From Mobula hypostoma (Eukaryota), in NCBI RefSeq assembly GCF_963921235.1, contig NC_086097.1, positions 20,648,001-20,712,000 of the forward strand: DNA of 64,000 nt, written 5' to 3'. A program made the position numbers and the translations under genes. The notes beneath the pieces are model-generated. The model saw only the letters and a list, made by a program, of their open reading frames with translations. It was not told the DNA's origin and did not search any database. Numbering within the stretch: the first letter of the stretch is position 1; every line of letters starts with the position of its first letter. Positions 1-11,692 of this stretch are shown here, one piece after another.

Positions 1-323
1 CCACCATAGGAAACATCCTCTCCGCATCCACTCTATCAAAGCCTGTCACCATTTAATAGCAGGAATATATATGTATTCCTTCTTTATTAATTTAATAAAG
101 GGCTTTGAGAAATTTAAACTTATCTTGCTATACAGACATTTCCTCTTAATTTGCATTACTATATCAATGTAGAAATCACAATAATTTCTTTAGTGCATAA
201 TTCTACATTAGACAGTGCCTTCAATGACAAAGCATTTGCAGGATCTAAAAAACATGCACGTTAACCTAGAATCTAAAAATATTGTTATAAGAGGCATAGT
301 TGATATTGTGATTATTCTTACAG

Positions 324-398
324 GCCATCAGTAAACTTGGACCAGGCAAGATCCAGCATGTCCCACAAGAAGATGCCCTGCTGTATAGTGAATTGACA
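324..398 (+). CDS. AK7: Adenylate kinase 7, internal coding exon (about human exon 9), AISKLGPGKIQHVPQEDALLYSELT
   Basis: ttcttacag|GCC ... ACA|gtaagc; 75 nt, phase 0/0; resembles human AK7 [26 protein letters not shown] (recalled). Confidence 0.9.
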
Positions 399-1471
399 GT
401 AAGCTCTTCTTCTTTGGTTTCAACTGTTTTGATGTTATTCAGCTGAGTATCAAACAAGCAGAGTGACATTTTCTCACTTGGGACACCAACTTCCAAATGG
501 GAAGGAGTACACCATATGAACATTCAACCTCCAGTGTCACTCTCCCTGTCTGTCTTCAGTAAAATACAAACCTTTTATCCAAGAATAAAGCATCAACACA
601 AAAAAAATTCTGCTAAAGATTAAGGGTCTTGGCTTAAATTGTCGACTGTTTATTCCTCTCCATAGATGCTATGTACTTGTTGAGTTTCTCCAGCATTTTG
701 TGTGTTACTTTGGATTTCCGGCAACTGCAGAATCTCTTTATGCTAATTATTACAATACTTTACAACATTAATAAGTAAAGCAAAATATGGTAATAAATGT
801 ATTTATGCAACCAGTGCTCTTGAGAGGTTCACCTCATTATGCAATGCTTTCTATGAATTGTGGTTTTCTTTTGAAGCAAGCTTTTATAAGGTTCATTTCT
901 CTTTCAACGGTTTCTCATTAGAGGTGTATGTAGTCAATTTCAGAACTTCACACAAATGAAATGGTCTTAATTGATGAAACACTGAGAGGAGACTTTTCAG
1001 GTGATCAGACCATGTTCACTACTGTAAAGTCTTATTCAGCAGGAAATATGCTGTAGGAAATAGACAGAATTTCAATTCAATTACCTTTGCTGACTTGGAT
1101 TTCCCCCTAATTTTGGCCATTTTGTTTTGAAACTGGTACTTCTAGTGTATTCCAATCAGATAGCTGTCTGGAGATTATTCCTTTTCCATTTGCCCATTCA
1201 TCAAAAAGTCAGTTCTTGTTTGGCAATGGCAATGATGCTTTGTACATCATTCAAGTCATTATGGAGACATAACAGACAGCAGATGCTGGAATCTGGAGAT
1301 ATAAAACAAACTTGGAAGAACTCAGCTGCTCAAGCAGTATCTGTGGAGTTAAAGGGATGTTAATGTTTTGGATTGAAACTTCACAGCAGGACTAAGGGTT
1401 GTTGAGGGAATCATCAGAATATTGAATTGAAAGGGAGGTCTGAGACAGAGATTAGCAGGTGAAAGTTGGTA

Positions 1472-1625
1472 CAGATCGACCTTCACTAATCTGACTACCT
1501 GTAATCCGGTTCCTTGGATAATCCGACAGTGATTGTGCTTAATGTGATCCTTCCGTAATTCGTCATTTTCACTAATCCGGCACTCCTCAGGTCCCAGTGG
1601 TGCCGGATTAGTGAAGGTCGACCTG
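1472..1625. mobile_element. Tc1/mariner-pogo (Tigger-like) MITE, 154 bp
   Basis: TIRs CAG(A/G)TCGACCTTCACTAATC(T/C)G, TA at 1470-1471 and 1626-1627; internal hairpin about 1568-1616. Confidence 0.8.
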
Positions 1626-1724
1626 TAGCAGGTAAGAGGAGCATGATGGTCAAATGAAGCCATTTGCTGGAGGGGGAGAAGAAAGTGTTGAGACAGAGGC
1701 TGGTGGGTGAAAGTATAAGAAGAG

Positions 1725-2120
1725 ACACACACAAAACACTGGAGGAACTCAGCAGATTAGGCAACATTTATGGAAAAGAACAAACAGTCGACGTTTTGGG
1801 CTGAGACCATTCTTCAGGACTGAGAAGGAAGGGGAATGATACCTGAATAAAAAAAGGCAGGGGAGGGCAAAGAGGCTCGATGGAAGGTGATAGAAGCCAA
1901 GTTGGTGGGAAAGGTCAAGGGCTGGAGAAGAGAGAACCTGATAGGAGAGGAGAGTGGACCATAGGAGAAAGGGAAGGAGGTGGGAACCCAGGGGGAAGAA
2001 ATAGGCAGGTGAGAAAAAGTTCAGAGTGCAGATAGAGGAAGTGGTGGGGAATTTGTTTACTGGAAGGAGAATTTGATACTCATGCTGCCAGGTTGGAGGG
2101 TACCCAGACGGAATATAAGA
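1725..2120 (-). mobile_element. Penelope-like element 3' end (older copy) with decayed hammerhead motif at 1785-1822
   Basis: Same terminal block as 49002-49450; minus strand CAGTC-CTGAAGA-ATGGTCTCAGCCC-AAAA-C-GTC-GACTG. Confidence 0.7.
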
Positions 2121-2577
2121 AGTGGAAAAAAATCAGGCAGATGGGCCATGTAGGAAAGAAGGGGGGAGAAGGTTGGTGTTGAGTGGAACAACATAATGAA
2201 GGGACGATTTGTAGATGGAAACATATGTGAGAGGGGTTAGGAAAGGGATAATAAACCCAGATAGGTAGATAAGTGGGTGATGGGCAGATGGAACCAGGTT
2301 TGGGAGAGTGGTTAGTCTAGGTATGGGGTGAATGGAGGAGGGATGGAAAAGGTGAACAAAGGGAGGGATGCTAGATGGACTGCCGGAAATGGGAAAGAAA
2401 TGCTGTGGGTGGATTACCTGAAATGGAAAAATTCAGTATTTTTGTACCTTTGGCTTATAAGCAACTCCAGTGAAATATGAAGTGTTGTTCTTCTGGTTTG
2501 TGAATGGCAGGGGAAGAATGTTGAGGACAGACACATTGGTGTGGGAATGGGGAAAGGCAATTGACACAACTGTCTAT

Positions 2578-3510
2578 ATTTAGGAGGGAGATTGAAAATA
2601 TGGCTGAGTGGTGCCACAACAACAATCTCTCACTCATCATCAGAACCTGATTATTGACTTCAGGAGGAGAATACCAGCGTTCCATGAGCCAGTCCTTATT
2701 AGGGAACAGAGGTGGAGAAGGTCAGCAACTTTAAGTTCCTCAGTGTTATTTTGTTCAGTGGATCTGTCCTGGACCCAGCACAAAAGTGTAATTATGAAGG
2801 AAGCACGGCAGCACCTCTATTTCCTTAGAAGTTTGCAAAAATTCAACATGACATCTGAAAGTTTGACAAACTTCTATAGATGTGTAGTGGAGAGTATATT
2901 GATGGGTTGCATCACCGCGTGGTGTGGAAACACCAATGCCCTTGAATGGAAAATCCTACAAAAAGTAGTGGATATGGCCCACATTGGACATTGGATATGG
3001 ATATGGACATTGCGGCTATAGCATTCCTCACCATTGAGCACATCTACACAGAGTGCCATCGCAGGAAGGCAGAATCCATCGTAAAGGACCCCCACCACCC
3101 AAGCCATCAGGAAGAAGGTTCAAAAACCTCAGAATACGCACCACCAGGTTCAGGAATAGTTATTACCGCTCAACCATCAAGCTGTTGAACCAGAAGAGAT
3201 AACTTCACGCGCCATATCACTGAACTGTTCCCACAACCTATGGACTCACTTTCAACAACTCTTCATCTTGTGTTCTCAATATATGTTGCTTATTTATCCA
3301 TCCATCCATCTATTATTTTTCCTCTCTTTTTTATTTGCACGGTTTGTAGTCTTTTGCGTGTTGGTTATTTGTCCATCCTGTTGGGTGCAGTCTCTCATTG
3401 ATTCTGTTGCGTTTCTCAGATTTACTGTGTATGTCTGCAAGTAAACAAATGCCAGGGTTGTATATGGTGATGTATATATACTTTGATATTAAATTTACTT
3501 TGAACTTTGA
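2578..3510 (+). mobile_element. Rex-Babar-like LINE 3' fragment (degenerate RT C-terminus and 3' UTR)
   Basis: ORF 2608-3021 ARQHLYFLRSL...LTNFYRCVVESILMGCITAWCG; tail TTTGAACTTTGA. Confidence 0.75.
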
Positions 3511-3926
3511 AATGGAAGCTTAGGAAGGCTGTTGAGGACAGACCAGAGGTGCTCCAGAAGATGGTTGCTTGGTCTGTGCATTGTCTCACTAATGTAGATC
3601 TTGTCGTTATTGCCCTGGACAAGGCTCACTCAAGCTCTTGAGTGCACTCCAAAGTTGGTAACTTGGGTAAGTAGCAGTTTAGCATTGGCACATAACAATA
3701 AAGTGTTCTCATACTCTGCATTTACAACCTGCGGCAGTGATGGCCATTACACGTATGTGTTGTGAACTCAGTGTTGATCAGTAAAGAATTCTCTGCTGCA
3801 TTATAGTAGTGGTGAATTAAGTTATTCATGCCAGTTCAGGAGCCTGATAGTTGTTCCTGAATCTGGTGGTATGGGACCTATGGCTTCTGTACCTCCTGCT
3901 CAATGAAAGTAGTGAGAAGAAGCTTC

Positions 3927-4210
3927 TTTGAGGACCATCACCTTGTCCTGGTGGAGAGGCTTGTGAGTTCCTGCGATCCAGAGAGTGATGCCATTTGGAG
4001 TTTAGCCATCTGGCGTTTAGCTCCTGATAGGGTCACCCATGGCAGTAAAGTCAACAGGGAGGTTCCAGGCAAAGAACAAGCCAACCAAGAACTCAACGGT
4101 GGAGCTAGCGGAGGATGATGACACATCACAATGGCAGTGAAGACAGAGGAAAGCAGCAACAGTGAAGGGTCTCCAGTCATTTTGCATTCCGTGTCACTAG
4201 ACATTGACCC
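3927..4210 (+). mobile_element. RTE-type non-LTR 5' leader-derived fragment
   Basis: CCATCACCTTGTCCTGGTGGAGAGGCTTG...GGGTCACCCATGGCAG resembles recalled RTE/Expander 5' UTRs. Confidence 0.5.
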
Positions 4211-5315
4211 CAATCTATCTGGTGGCTGCCCATGCTTCAGCCTCCCCACATTAAACAAAGTCACGTACAGGTATTCCCCTTTAAGGGAATCTACTAACAA
4301 CTACTTAAGAGAGCATCATACTCAACCTGAGTGATGGCACTACTAGTGCATCCTACTAGCATGCCCTGGATGATAGATACTGCTTTGCTGTGGCAGTGCC
4401 CCTTGTAAATGTATTCAAATTGGCTTAAATCATTTGGTTCTTGTGCCAGAGTAGTGTATGTGGATATAGTTATGAACTTTCCCAGGAAAGTACTCCATGT
4501 CAGCTGTTGTTTATAGACAGCTACAGATGCCACTTCTTTTAAAAGAGTTGTGACTCAGCTGCTTTAATAATGTTTCATTTCATTAAACAGAAGAATATTC
4601 AGTCTAAAAATAAGTGGTTTTATATGGCCAGTGCATACCATGTCTTGCTCCTAGCACCCAGCTCCCAACAATGCCAATGTTGCTCATATGTGACAACCAA
4701 AATAAAAGCAAACTGTTTATTCTCAAATATTGTTGTTGTTGAGAGTACCTTTTTCTGTAATGTTCAAATTGTCAGATCTTATTTGATTGACTTGTGCTTC
4801 TTTCCAAAAGATGATTTTGTTCCATTGAACTTTAGATTCTTGGCATGCTGCACTGGGTTGATTAGAAACCACCAGTGGGAAGGGACTGGGCTGCAAACAG
4901 TGTGGGAGGGAGGAGAGCAAGAAGGTGAAAATGCTGGAATGAAAATGTAGGCTGAAATTAGGAAATGAAGCTGAAGAAAATATTCAGGGAGTTTCAGAGA
5001 AAAATTAGAGTCCTACACAAGTTACACTAGTTTGAGGTTATTGGAAGAGAAGGCTTGGAACAGGAATTTCTGCCAAGCATGTAGTGTACGTTGATTGGGG
5101 AGGAAATGAAGAGGAAGCATCATATTCTATACAGTTATTTCAAGTAATATGCATTACAAATGCTCACACAAAATGCTGGAGCATCTGTGGAGGGAAATGA
5201 ACAGTCAGCGTTTTGGGCTGAGACCCTTCAACAGGACTGGAAAGGACAGGAGCAGATTTCAGAATTAGAAGTTGGAGGGAGGGGAGGCAGTACAAGCTGG
5301 CTAATGATAAGTAAA

Positions 5316-5494
5316 CGTAAACACGAGGAATTCTGCAGATGCTGGAATTTCAAGCAACACACATCAAAGTTGCTGGTGAACGCAACAGGCCAGGCAGCAT
5401 CTCTAGGAAGAGGTACAGTCGACGTTTCGGGCCGAGACCCTTCGTCAGGGCTGAGAGATGCTGCCTGGCCTGCAGCGTTCACCAGCAACTTTGA
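5316..5494. mobile_element. Non-coding Penelope-derived mini hairpin element
   Basis: 13-bp TSD AATGATAAGTAAA at 5303-5315 and 5495-5507; inverted arms; hammerhead core at 5416-5453 (-); nested in an older Penelope end. Confidence 0.85.
5416..5453 (-). ncRNA. Minimal type-I hammerhead ribozyme motif (Penelope-type)
   Basis: Minus strand CAGCC-CUGACGA-A-GGG-UCUCGG-CCC-GAAA-C-GUC^GACUG; all core nucleotides present, palindromic ACGU in place of stem III. Confidence 0.75.
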
Positions 5495-5784
5495 AATGAT
5501 AAGTAAAATCAGGCTTGTGTGGAAGAAGCCGTTCTTGAGTCTAGTCATCTGGGCTTGTCAAGCTCCTGTAACTTTTCCCAAAGGTAGAAGAGAAAAAAAG
5601 TGAATGGCCAGAGTAGCGGGCAGCCTTGACGATATTATTAAGCTTCTTGAAACAACTCAGCATGAAGAGGACTGCATAAAGGGATGCTTCAGGTTTAAGG
5701 CACACCATGAACTGTTTACTTGATTAAATCTTACCTTTCAGAATATCAAGTTTCAATGTTTGAACTTGCTTTCTATTTTAACAG

Positions 5785-5934
5785 CAATCAGACTATGATC
5801 ACCTGCTGGTGAACCTGACAATGGAGGCTTTCTTCATCAAGGAAAACTTCAATATCCGCTGGGTTGCTGAAGCTGGCATTGTAGAAAACATCCAGAACCT
5901 TTTCCAAGAATTCAAGCAATCTCGTGGACTCGTG
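5785..5934 (+). CDS. AK7: AK7 exon (about exon 10), [50 protein letters not shown]
   Basis: ttttaacag|CAA ... GTG|gtacag; 150 nt, phase 0/0; [19 protein letters not shown] matches AK7. Confidence 0.95.
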
Positions 5935-6121
5935 GTACAGCTGTTAATTATTTCAATAACTGATAATTTCTTGTAGAAATATCATTTTCTATTCCTTTAC
6001 ATAGAGAAAGAATGAACCAAGAGGTGAGCATGGGATTGTGGACCTTTGGAGTGTTCATTCCTCCACCCCCGCCCCCACCCCCCCCCGCCATAGTTGACAG
6101 TGCAAATTTACTTTTACTTTA

Positions 6122-6616
6122 CAGTAAAGCTCTGTTAATCTGACATGCTCAGTACTTCGGAGGTGCTGAATTAACGGATTTTCCAGATAATTAGCTGTTA
6201 TACTCAAACATGCTTTAATTCACCTCTTTTTTGATATTATACATTGGAATAATACAAGTTACAGGGCATGCTGTGTTTGAAGGGAATGCAGGGTAACAAT
6301 AGCCCAAATAGGTTTCACAGGAGCAGGAGAAATAGAAGCAGATTTCAATGCTCCTACGAGTTAAATGGAGCCTGGGGAACGGGGCTCCAATGAGTTAAAG
6401 GGAACATGAGAACTGGGGCCCTGGTTAGTCATTGGAATTGCAGGAACCAGTCCATAAGAGAAATTGTGAGAACTGGGGCTCTAGCGTAGCGAAGGGAGTG
6501 TGCCAACAAGTGCCTGGTCTGTTACAAAGGCTACGGCAATAAATATCTGGTGAGCCAGAAGCTAAACCATCAGGATTTCCAAACAATGAGATAGTGGATT
6601 ATTGGATTTTTTTCTG
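6122..6616. mobile_element. Old Tigger-like MITE with internal degenerate tandem repeats of about 33 bp
   Basis: TA|CAGTAAAGCTCTGTTAATCTG ... GGATTATTGGATTTTTTTCTG|TA; repeated GAGTTAAAGGGA..GAACTGGGGC units at about 6260-6560. Confidence 0.55.
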
Positions 6617-7039
6617 TACATATTGAACATTGGAAGAACATTTAACAGTCTTTCTCCCTCCCATTTTACCATGCCATGTTTTGAAGACCCCGTCCAGACT
6701 GTGCTGTTGTGGGTTTGCTTTATTATTATCTTGCCCAAAGACCTTTATTCATGAGGTGAGCCAAATTGAGAGCTCCACATAGATCCTAAGTGTCGCTAGC
6801 TTGATCTTCAGAGTAACTCAAACCATATTTAACTTCGTATTTCTGGTTTACCCTGTTTGAATATTGTGTAACTGAAGGTTTGAAAAGGTTAAGATTAGTG
6901 TTTGTCTTCTTGTTAGATAACCTCAAATTTGAACATCAGTAGCATGTCACACACCACCCTGCCTTGGAAATTTATTGCTATTCCTTCATACTCAAAGATC
7001 CTAAAGCAATACAGTGGAGCTATCTATCTGTCCATTTAC

Positions 7040-7270
7040 CCATCGATCTACCATGGTAACAAGGGCCTTCTAGCCCAACAAGCCCACGTTGTCCAGTGTG
7101 ACCAATTAATCTACTAACCCATATGTCTTTGGAATCTGGGAGGAAACCAGAGCACCTGGAGGGAGCCCACGTGATCATGGGGAGAATGTACACACTCCTT
7201 ACCGACAACGATGGGAATTGAACCTGAATCGCTGGGGCTGGAATAGCATTACTCTAACTGTTTCGCTAAA
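7040..7270 (-). mobile_element. tRNA-derived V-SINE (HE1-like)
   Basis: Reverse complement of the V-domain GGTGCTCTGGTTTCCTCCCAGATTCCAAAGACAT; other copies at about 13260-13600 (+), 15890-16200 (+) and 60985-61165 (+). Confidence 0.7.
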
Positions 7271-7680
7271 GATCTACAAAAAGATTGCTCACCGCCATAT
7301 TCTCAAGGGCAAATCGGGATGGACAATAAACACTGGCCTTCCTTGGTATTCCCAAGCTCCAGAAAAATGGATAATTTAAAAAAATCCAAGAAGACTACAG
7401 TAGCCCTACAAAGAAACAATAACCTTCCCTGCCCTTAATGGTATCCTCCTGCCTTTCCTTCCAACTAGGCCCACTTGAAATGCCCCTCACTCTCCACACC
7501 CCACCCCACCCCGAGGACCTCTACTCACATTTTCCATGCTAGAGGCTGGGAGCTGTCTCCTTCATTTCCTGCTGCAACTATGGTTGTTTTTGATTCCATC
7601 CAAAAGATTAATGATATTTTGCTGAAAACCATGTGGAATATTTTGTAGTTTTGACAAATGAATTACTTTATTTTTCACAG

Positions 7681-7809
7681 CCATTAAAAATTGCCATTTT
7701 TGGACCACCAGCTGTGGGGAAAAGCTCAGTGGCGGAGAAGTTGGCCAAGCACTACAAGCTGCACCACATCAAAATAAAAGATGTCATTACAGAGGCTATA
7801 GCAGATCTG
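7681..7809 (+). CDS. AK7: AK7 exon (about exon 11) with adenylate kinase P-loop GPPAVGKS
   Basis: tttttcacag|CCA ... CTG|gtacgt; 129 nt; [43 protein letters not shown]. Confidence 0.97.
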
Positions 7810-8453
7810 GTACGTTTACACTAACTGAGCATGAAAGAAGTCACAAAGAAGGAAAGGCCACTTGAACTGCCTGAGCCTTCTCCAGTCCTCAAATCTGATC
7901 TTCCAATCCCGGTAATTCTTCTTCTTTCCAGCCAGGCAGGTTATTCCAGAGCCAAGTAAAAAATTTTATTCTTGAACTAGATTTAAAACGTACTGATTTC
8001 TGATTATCTCTTCAGTTTTCCTGGTTACTTTGAGGTGCTTTTAAATATTTACAGTTGTATTTAATACTTCATGTGCTGCTATGTGATCCAATTTAATAAT
8101 TGTCTAAGTTTATAAAGACTAAGTTTCTCCAGTGTTTCCCAATAGTGTATTCTCTTCCACTCGGGGATCAGTGTTATGGTCCTTCAGTCAGGTACCTTTA
8201 TGAAGACTTCACTGCTTTGCATTTTTTTCCTGTGACTCATTTAGTTGCACTTATGCCTCTTGTATCAGTAGATTCTGGGTTCAAATCCCACTCCAGAGTT
8301 TTGAGCGTGAAAATCTTATCTGACATTCCACTGAAGTAATGTCAGAAGCATTGGCTTTCAGATGAGATGCCAACCTTTTTTTTTCTAAGTGAATGCAAAT
8401 AATACCATGGGACTTATTTAAACAAGAACAATGTAGAGCTACTAGGACTTGAT

Positions 8454-8729
8454 GTTTCAATCCCTTTGGTAATTTGGCACTCTCGATGTTGGCGGTGGGT
8501 TTGGAGTGGTGACAAGGAGGGAGGGTAGGTACGTTATCGGGGTCATCAGGTGGGCACCCTCCTTCTTTGATGTTTCGTTGATAAGCCCACGACGTCTCCA
8601 GAGGGCTCAACGGTGCTACCTGGCGTCCCAGATACACCCCCCTCAGTACCATACCCTCAGTTACAGCCCAGTTGTTGTCTTTCCTTTTAATCCAAATCCA
8701 ATTGCTGCTTTCTTCTGCTGCATTTGACA
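8454..8729 (-). mobile_element. 5'-truncated RLE non-LTR retrotransposon (HERO-like), extreme 3' end
   Basis: 10-bp TSD AGGACTTGAT at 8444-8453 and 8730-8739; translates AAEESSNWIWIKRKDNNW, homologous to AAERAWRWLWMRKSDPW at the end of the 48-51.7 kb element; CpG-rich. Confidence 0.75.
8534..8606 (-). ncRNA. Non-circularly permuted hammerhead-like RNA motif in the HERO-like 3' UTR
   Basis: Minus strand GCCCUC..GAC-GUC^GUGGGC-UUAUC-AAC-GAAA-CAUC..GAGGGU-GCCCAC-CUGAUGA-CCCC-GAUAA. Confidence 0.6.
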
Positions 8730-9074
8730 AGGACTTGATTGCTCTGTCTACTATTTATCCCTTAATCGATATCAGTAAAGCAGGTTAACTGGCTATTAAC
8801 ATTACTGCTTTTGTCAACTTGCTAGACACACACCAGCTGTTACATTTTCATTCATTACCACTATGTATGATTTTGAAAACCCTTCATTAGTTAAGCAGTG
8901 CTTTGGGGTGGTCTACTAAGATGTCAGAGTTATAAATAAATGCAAGCCAGACAAAGATACCTAAGTAGAAATGAACATCAAAAACCTGCAGAAGCTGGAG
9001 ATCTGAAATAAGAACGGAAAATAATAGAAACACTCAGCAGGGCGGGCAGCATCAACAGGAGTGAGACTGACTGA

Positions 9075-9800
9075 GTGAAATAACCATCACACACTCATTG
9101 TCAGCAAGACCAAGGAATTGATTGTGGACTTCTGGAAAGGGAGGTGAGGAGAACACACAGCAGTCCTCACTGAGGGGCCAGCAGTGGAAAGGTGAGCAGC
9201 TTCAACTTCCTGGGTATGAACATCTCAGATGATCTATCCTGGGCTCAACACATTGATGCAATCACGAAGAAGGCTCACCAGTGGCTCTATTTCATTAAAA
9301 GTTGAAGGAGATTTGATATTTTACAGAAGACTCATAAATTTCTACTGGTGTATGATGGAGAGCTTTCTGACTGGTTGCCTCACAGCTTGGTATGGAGTCT
9401 CTCGTCTCCATTGTACAGATCGCAAGGGTTGTAGACTCTGCCAGCTCCATTACGGACACAACCCTCCTAACCATTGACAACCTCTTCAAGAGGCAGTCTG
9501 TCAAGAAGGTGGAACCCATCATTAAGAACCCTCACCCTCTGGGAAGTTCCCTCTTATTGTTATGATCATCAGGAAGGAAAGAGGCATTGGAGCCCAAGAC
9601 CTACACTCAGCAATTTAACAATAGCTTCTTCCCTTCTTTCATCATATTTCTGAATGAACACTCTCACGTTCCCCTTTTCATTGTACTATTTATTTAATTT
9701 TGCAATGTATAGTAATTTTATGTCTTTGCACTAAACTGCTGCCATAAAACAAAAATAAAACATCATATGTGGCAATGATAATAAACCCTGATTCTGATTC
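9075..9800 (+). mobile_element. Rex-Babar-like LINE 3' fragment (degenerate)
   Basis: LINFYWCMMESFLTGCLTAWYG; tail AATAAACCCTGATTCTGATTC. Confidence 0.65.
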
Positions 9801-10442
9801 AACTATAGAAGGAGAGGCAAGAGTTCTGATGAAAGGTGTTGGCCTCAAGAAATTAAAAATCTGCCGAACAGCCAGCAAGAACACATCAAGGACAATAGAC
9901 AAGTAAACAAAAGAAATGTCTTTGTTCGTGTCATGTCATGGAGCCATAGAGCAGAGAAAGAGCATAGCTCATAGAGTTCAGCCCACCTAATCCATGCTGA
10001 ACTGTTATTCTGCCTAGTCCCATCAACCACACCTGGACCCCTTCCAACCATGTACTTAAACCAAATTTCTCTTAACTGTTGCAATTGAACCCACGTCCAC
10101 CACTTCCACACTCACACTCTGAGTGAAGAAGTTCCCAACCCCACCCAGGCTCTCCTTAAATATTTCACCTTTCACTGTTCTAGTCTCAACTGACCTCAAT
10201 GGAAAAAAAACCTGCTTGCATTTGCCCAATCTATACACCTCATGTGGTGGAAGAATTGTAGGTTGCCTATTTGTGAGACTGATCTTGTGACCTTCATTTT
10301 ATAAACTGATTTTCTGAACTAATATTAGATGTATTAAAGTAATCAAAAGTGTATATGATGAAGGTCCTATTGATAATCTGCTAAATAAGAGATCATTTCC
10401 AAATTAAAAAAATTTTTAATGGGATGCTCTTTGATAAGAAGA

Positions 10443-10911
10443 CCATAAGACCATAAGACATAGGAGCAGAATTAGGCCAGTGAGATTAAATGCATGTTTT
10501 TTAGGTTTTTATTTTTTGGAGTGTAGAAAGTTGAGTGGGACTTGATAGAGGTGTTTAAAATTATGAGGGGGATTGATAGAGTTGATGTGGATAGTCTTTT
10601 TCCATTGAGAGTGGGGAAGATTCAAATAAGAGGACACGAGTTGAGAGTTAAAGGACAAAAGTTTAGGGGTAACATGAGGGGGAACTTCTTTACTCAGACA
10701 GTAGTAGCTGTGTGGAACGAGCTTCCAGCAGAAGTGGTTGAGGCAGGTTCGATGTTGTCATTTAAAGTTAAATTGGATAGATATATGGACAGGAAAGAAA
10801 TGGAGGGTTATGGGCTGAGTGCAGGTCGGTGGGACTAGGTGAGAGTAAGAGTTCGGCACGGACTAGAAGGGCCGAGATGGCCTGTTTCCGTGCTGTAATT
10901 GTTATATGGTT
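10443..10911 (+). mobile_element. CR1 3' fragment fused to a short inverted CR1 tail
   Basis: ORF IEVFKIMRGIDRVD...FFTQTVVAVWNELP; 9-bp TSD ATAAGAAGA at 10434-10442 and 10912-10920. Confidence 0.8.
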
Positions 10912-11692
10912 ATAAGAAGAGTCTGTGTCTGTGAACTGAAATAACTTGAGCCCAGTGTCTTACTTGAACCAGCTGTAACTGGTTTGATATAGTCAGATTT
11001 GGGAGAAAGCAAAGGAACAACAGGAGATGTGTATCTTTATTTAGGAGAAGAGCAATGAGGTAATGCGACCTGTAGCCTTGACCTGTAGCTAATGAAAGAT
11101 CGACACAGACTAGCTTGATAAGTCAGAACAAATAGAATCAAAGTTTAACGGTAGAACTGATGAGGAAAAAGAATAAATATGAATGATTTCTGAGGTAAAG
11201 TAGAGAAAAATTCAGAAACCAACTATTGTAAGGAAGATCCCCTCTCCATGCCTGGGGCAGAGGGAAGAATCAATCGTTTGACCTTTGGGAGATTCCCTAA
11301 TTTGGTGTTATGTGTTAGTTGACCAGAAGTCAACATAATTATGACTGCTGGTATAAAGAGGAACAATAGCATCAGGAACTTGAATTACTAATACTATATA
11401 ATATTGATTATAACAACTTTACATGAACATTTACATTGATACAATAAAGTATTTTTGAATTAATTAAGATTAATTTGGTCATTTATCCAACATATGTTAG
11501 TTGAGTGAGGTAACAAATATCTTTGCTTGAAATGTTTACTCTGTGTTTCCACAGATGCTGCCTGATCTTTTGCATATATCCTGCATTTTCTATCTGCTAT
11601 TATTATAAGTAGACTGATCTCATAAAGATCTCACAATCTCATAAAGTACCTCTTTATGAGATTACTTTCCATTGGTAATTTTTCTCCTGCAT

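Larger units (their letters stand above)
8245..8950 (+). mobile_element. Ancient DeuSINE (SacSINE1/AmnSINE-like), interrupted by a HERO-like insertion
   Basis: tRNA-like head GGGTTCAAATCCC, then TTTCAGATGAGATG...CCATGGGACTTATTT...TATTTATCCCTTAA; related copies on the minus strand at about 21130-21430 and 44690-44920. Confidence 0.55.

Noticed and set aside
5160..5603. ORFs with repeated peptide KLLVNAAGQAASLGRG on both strands (also 22337-22696)
   Set aside because: Artefact of the palindromic non-coding Penelope terminus.
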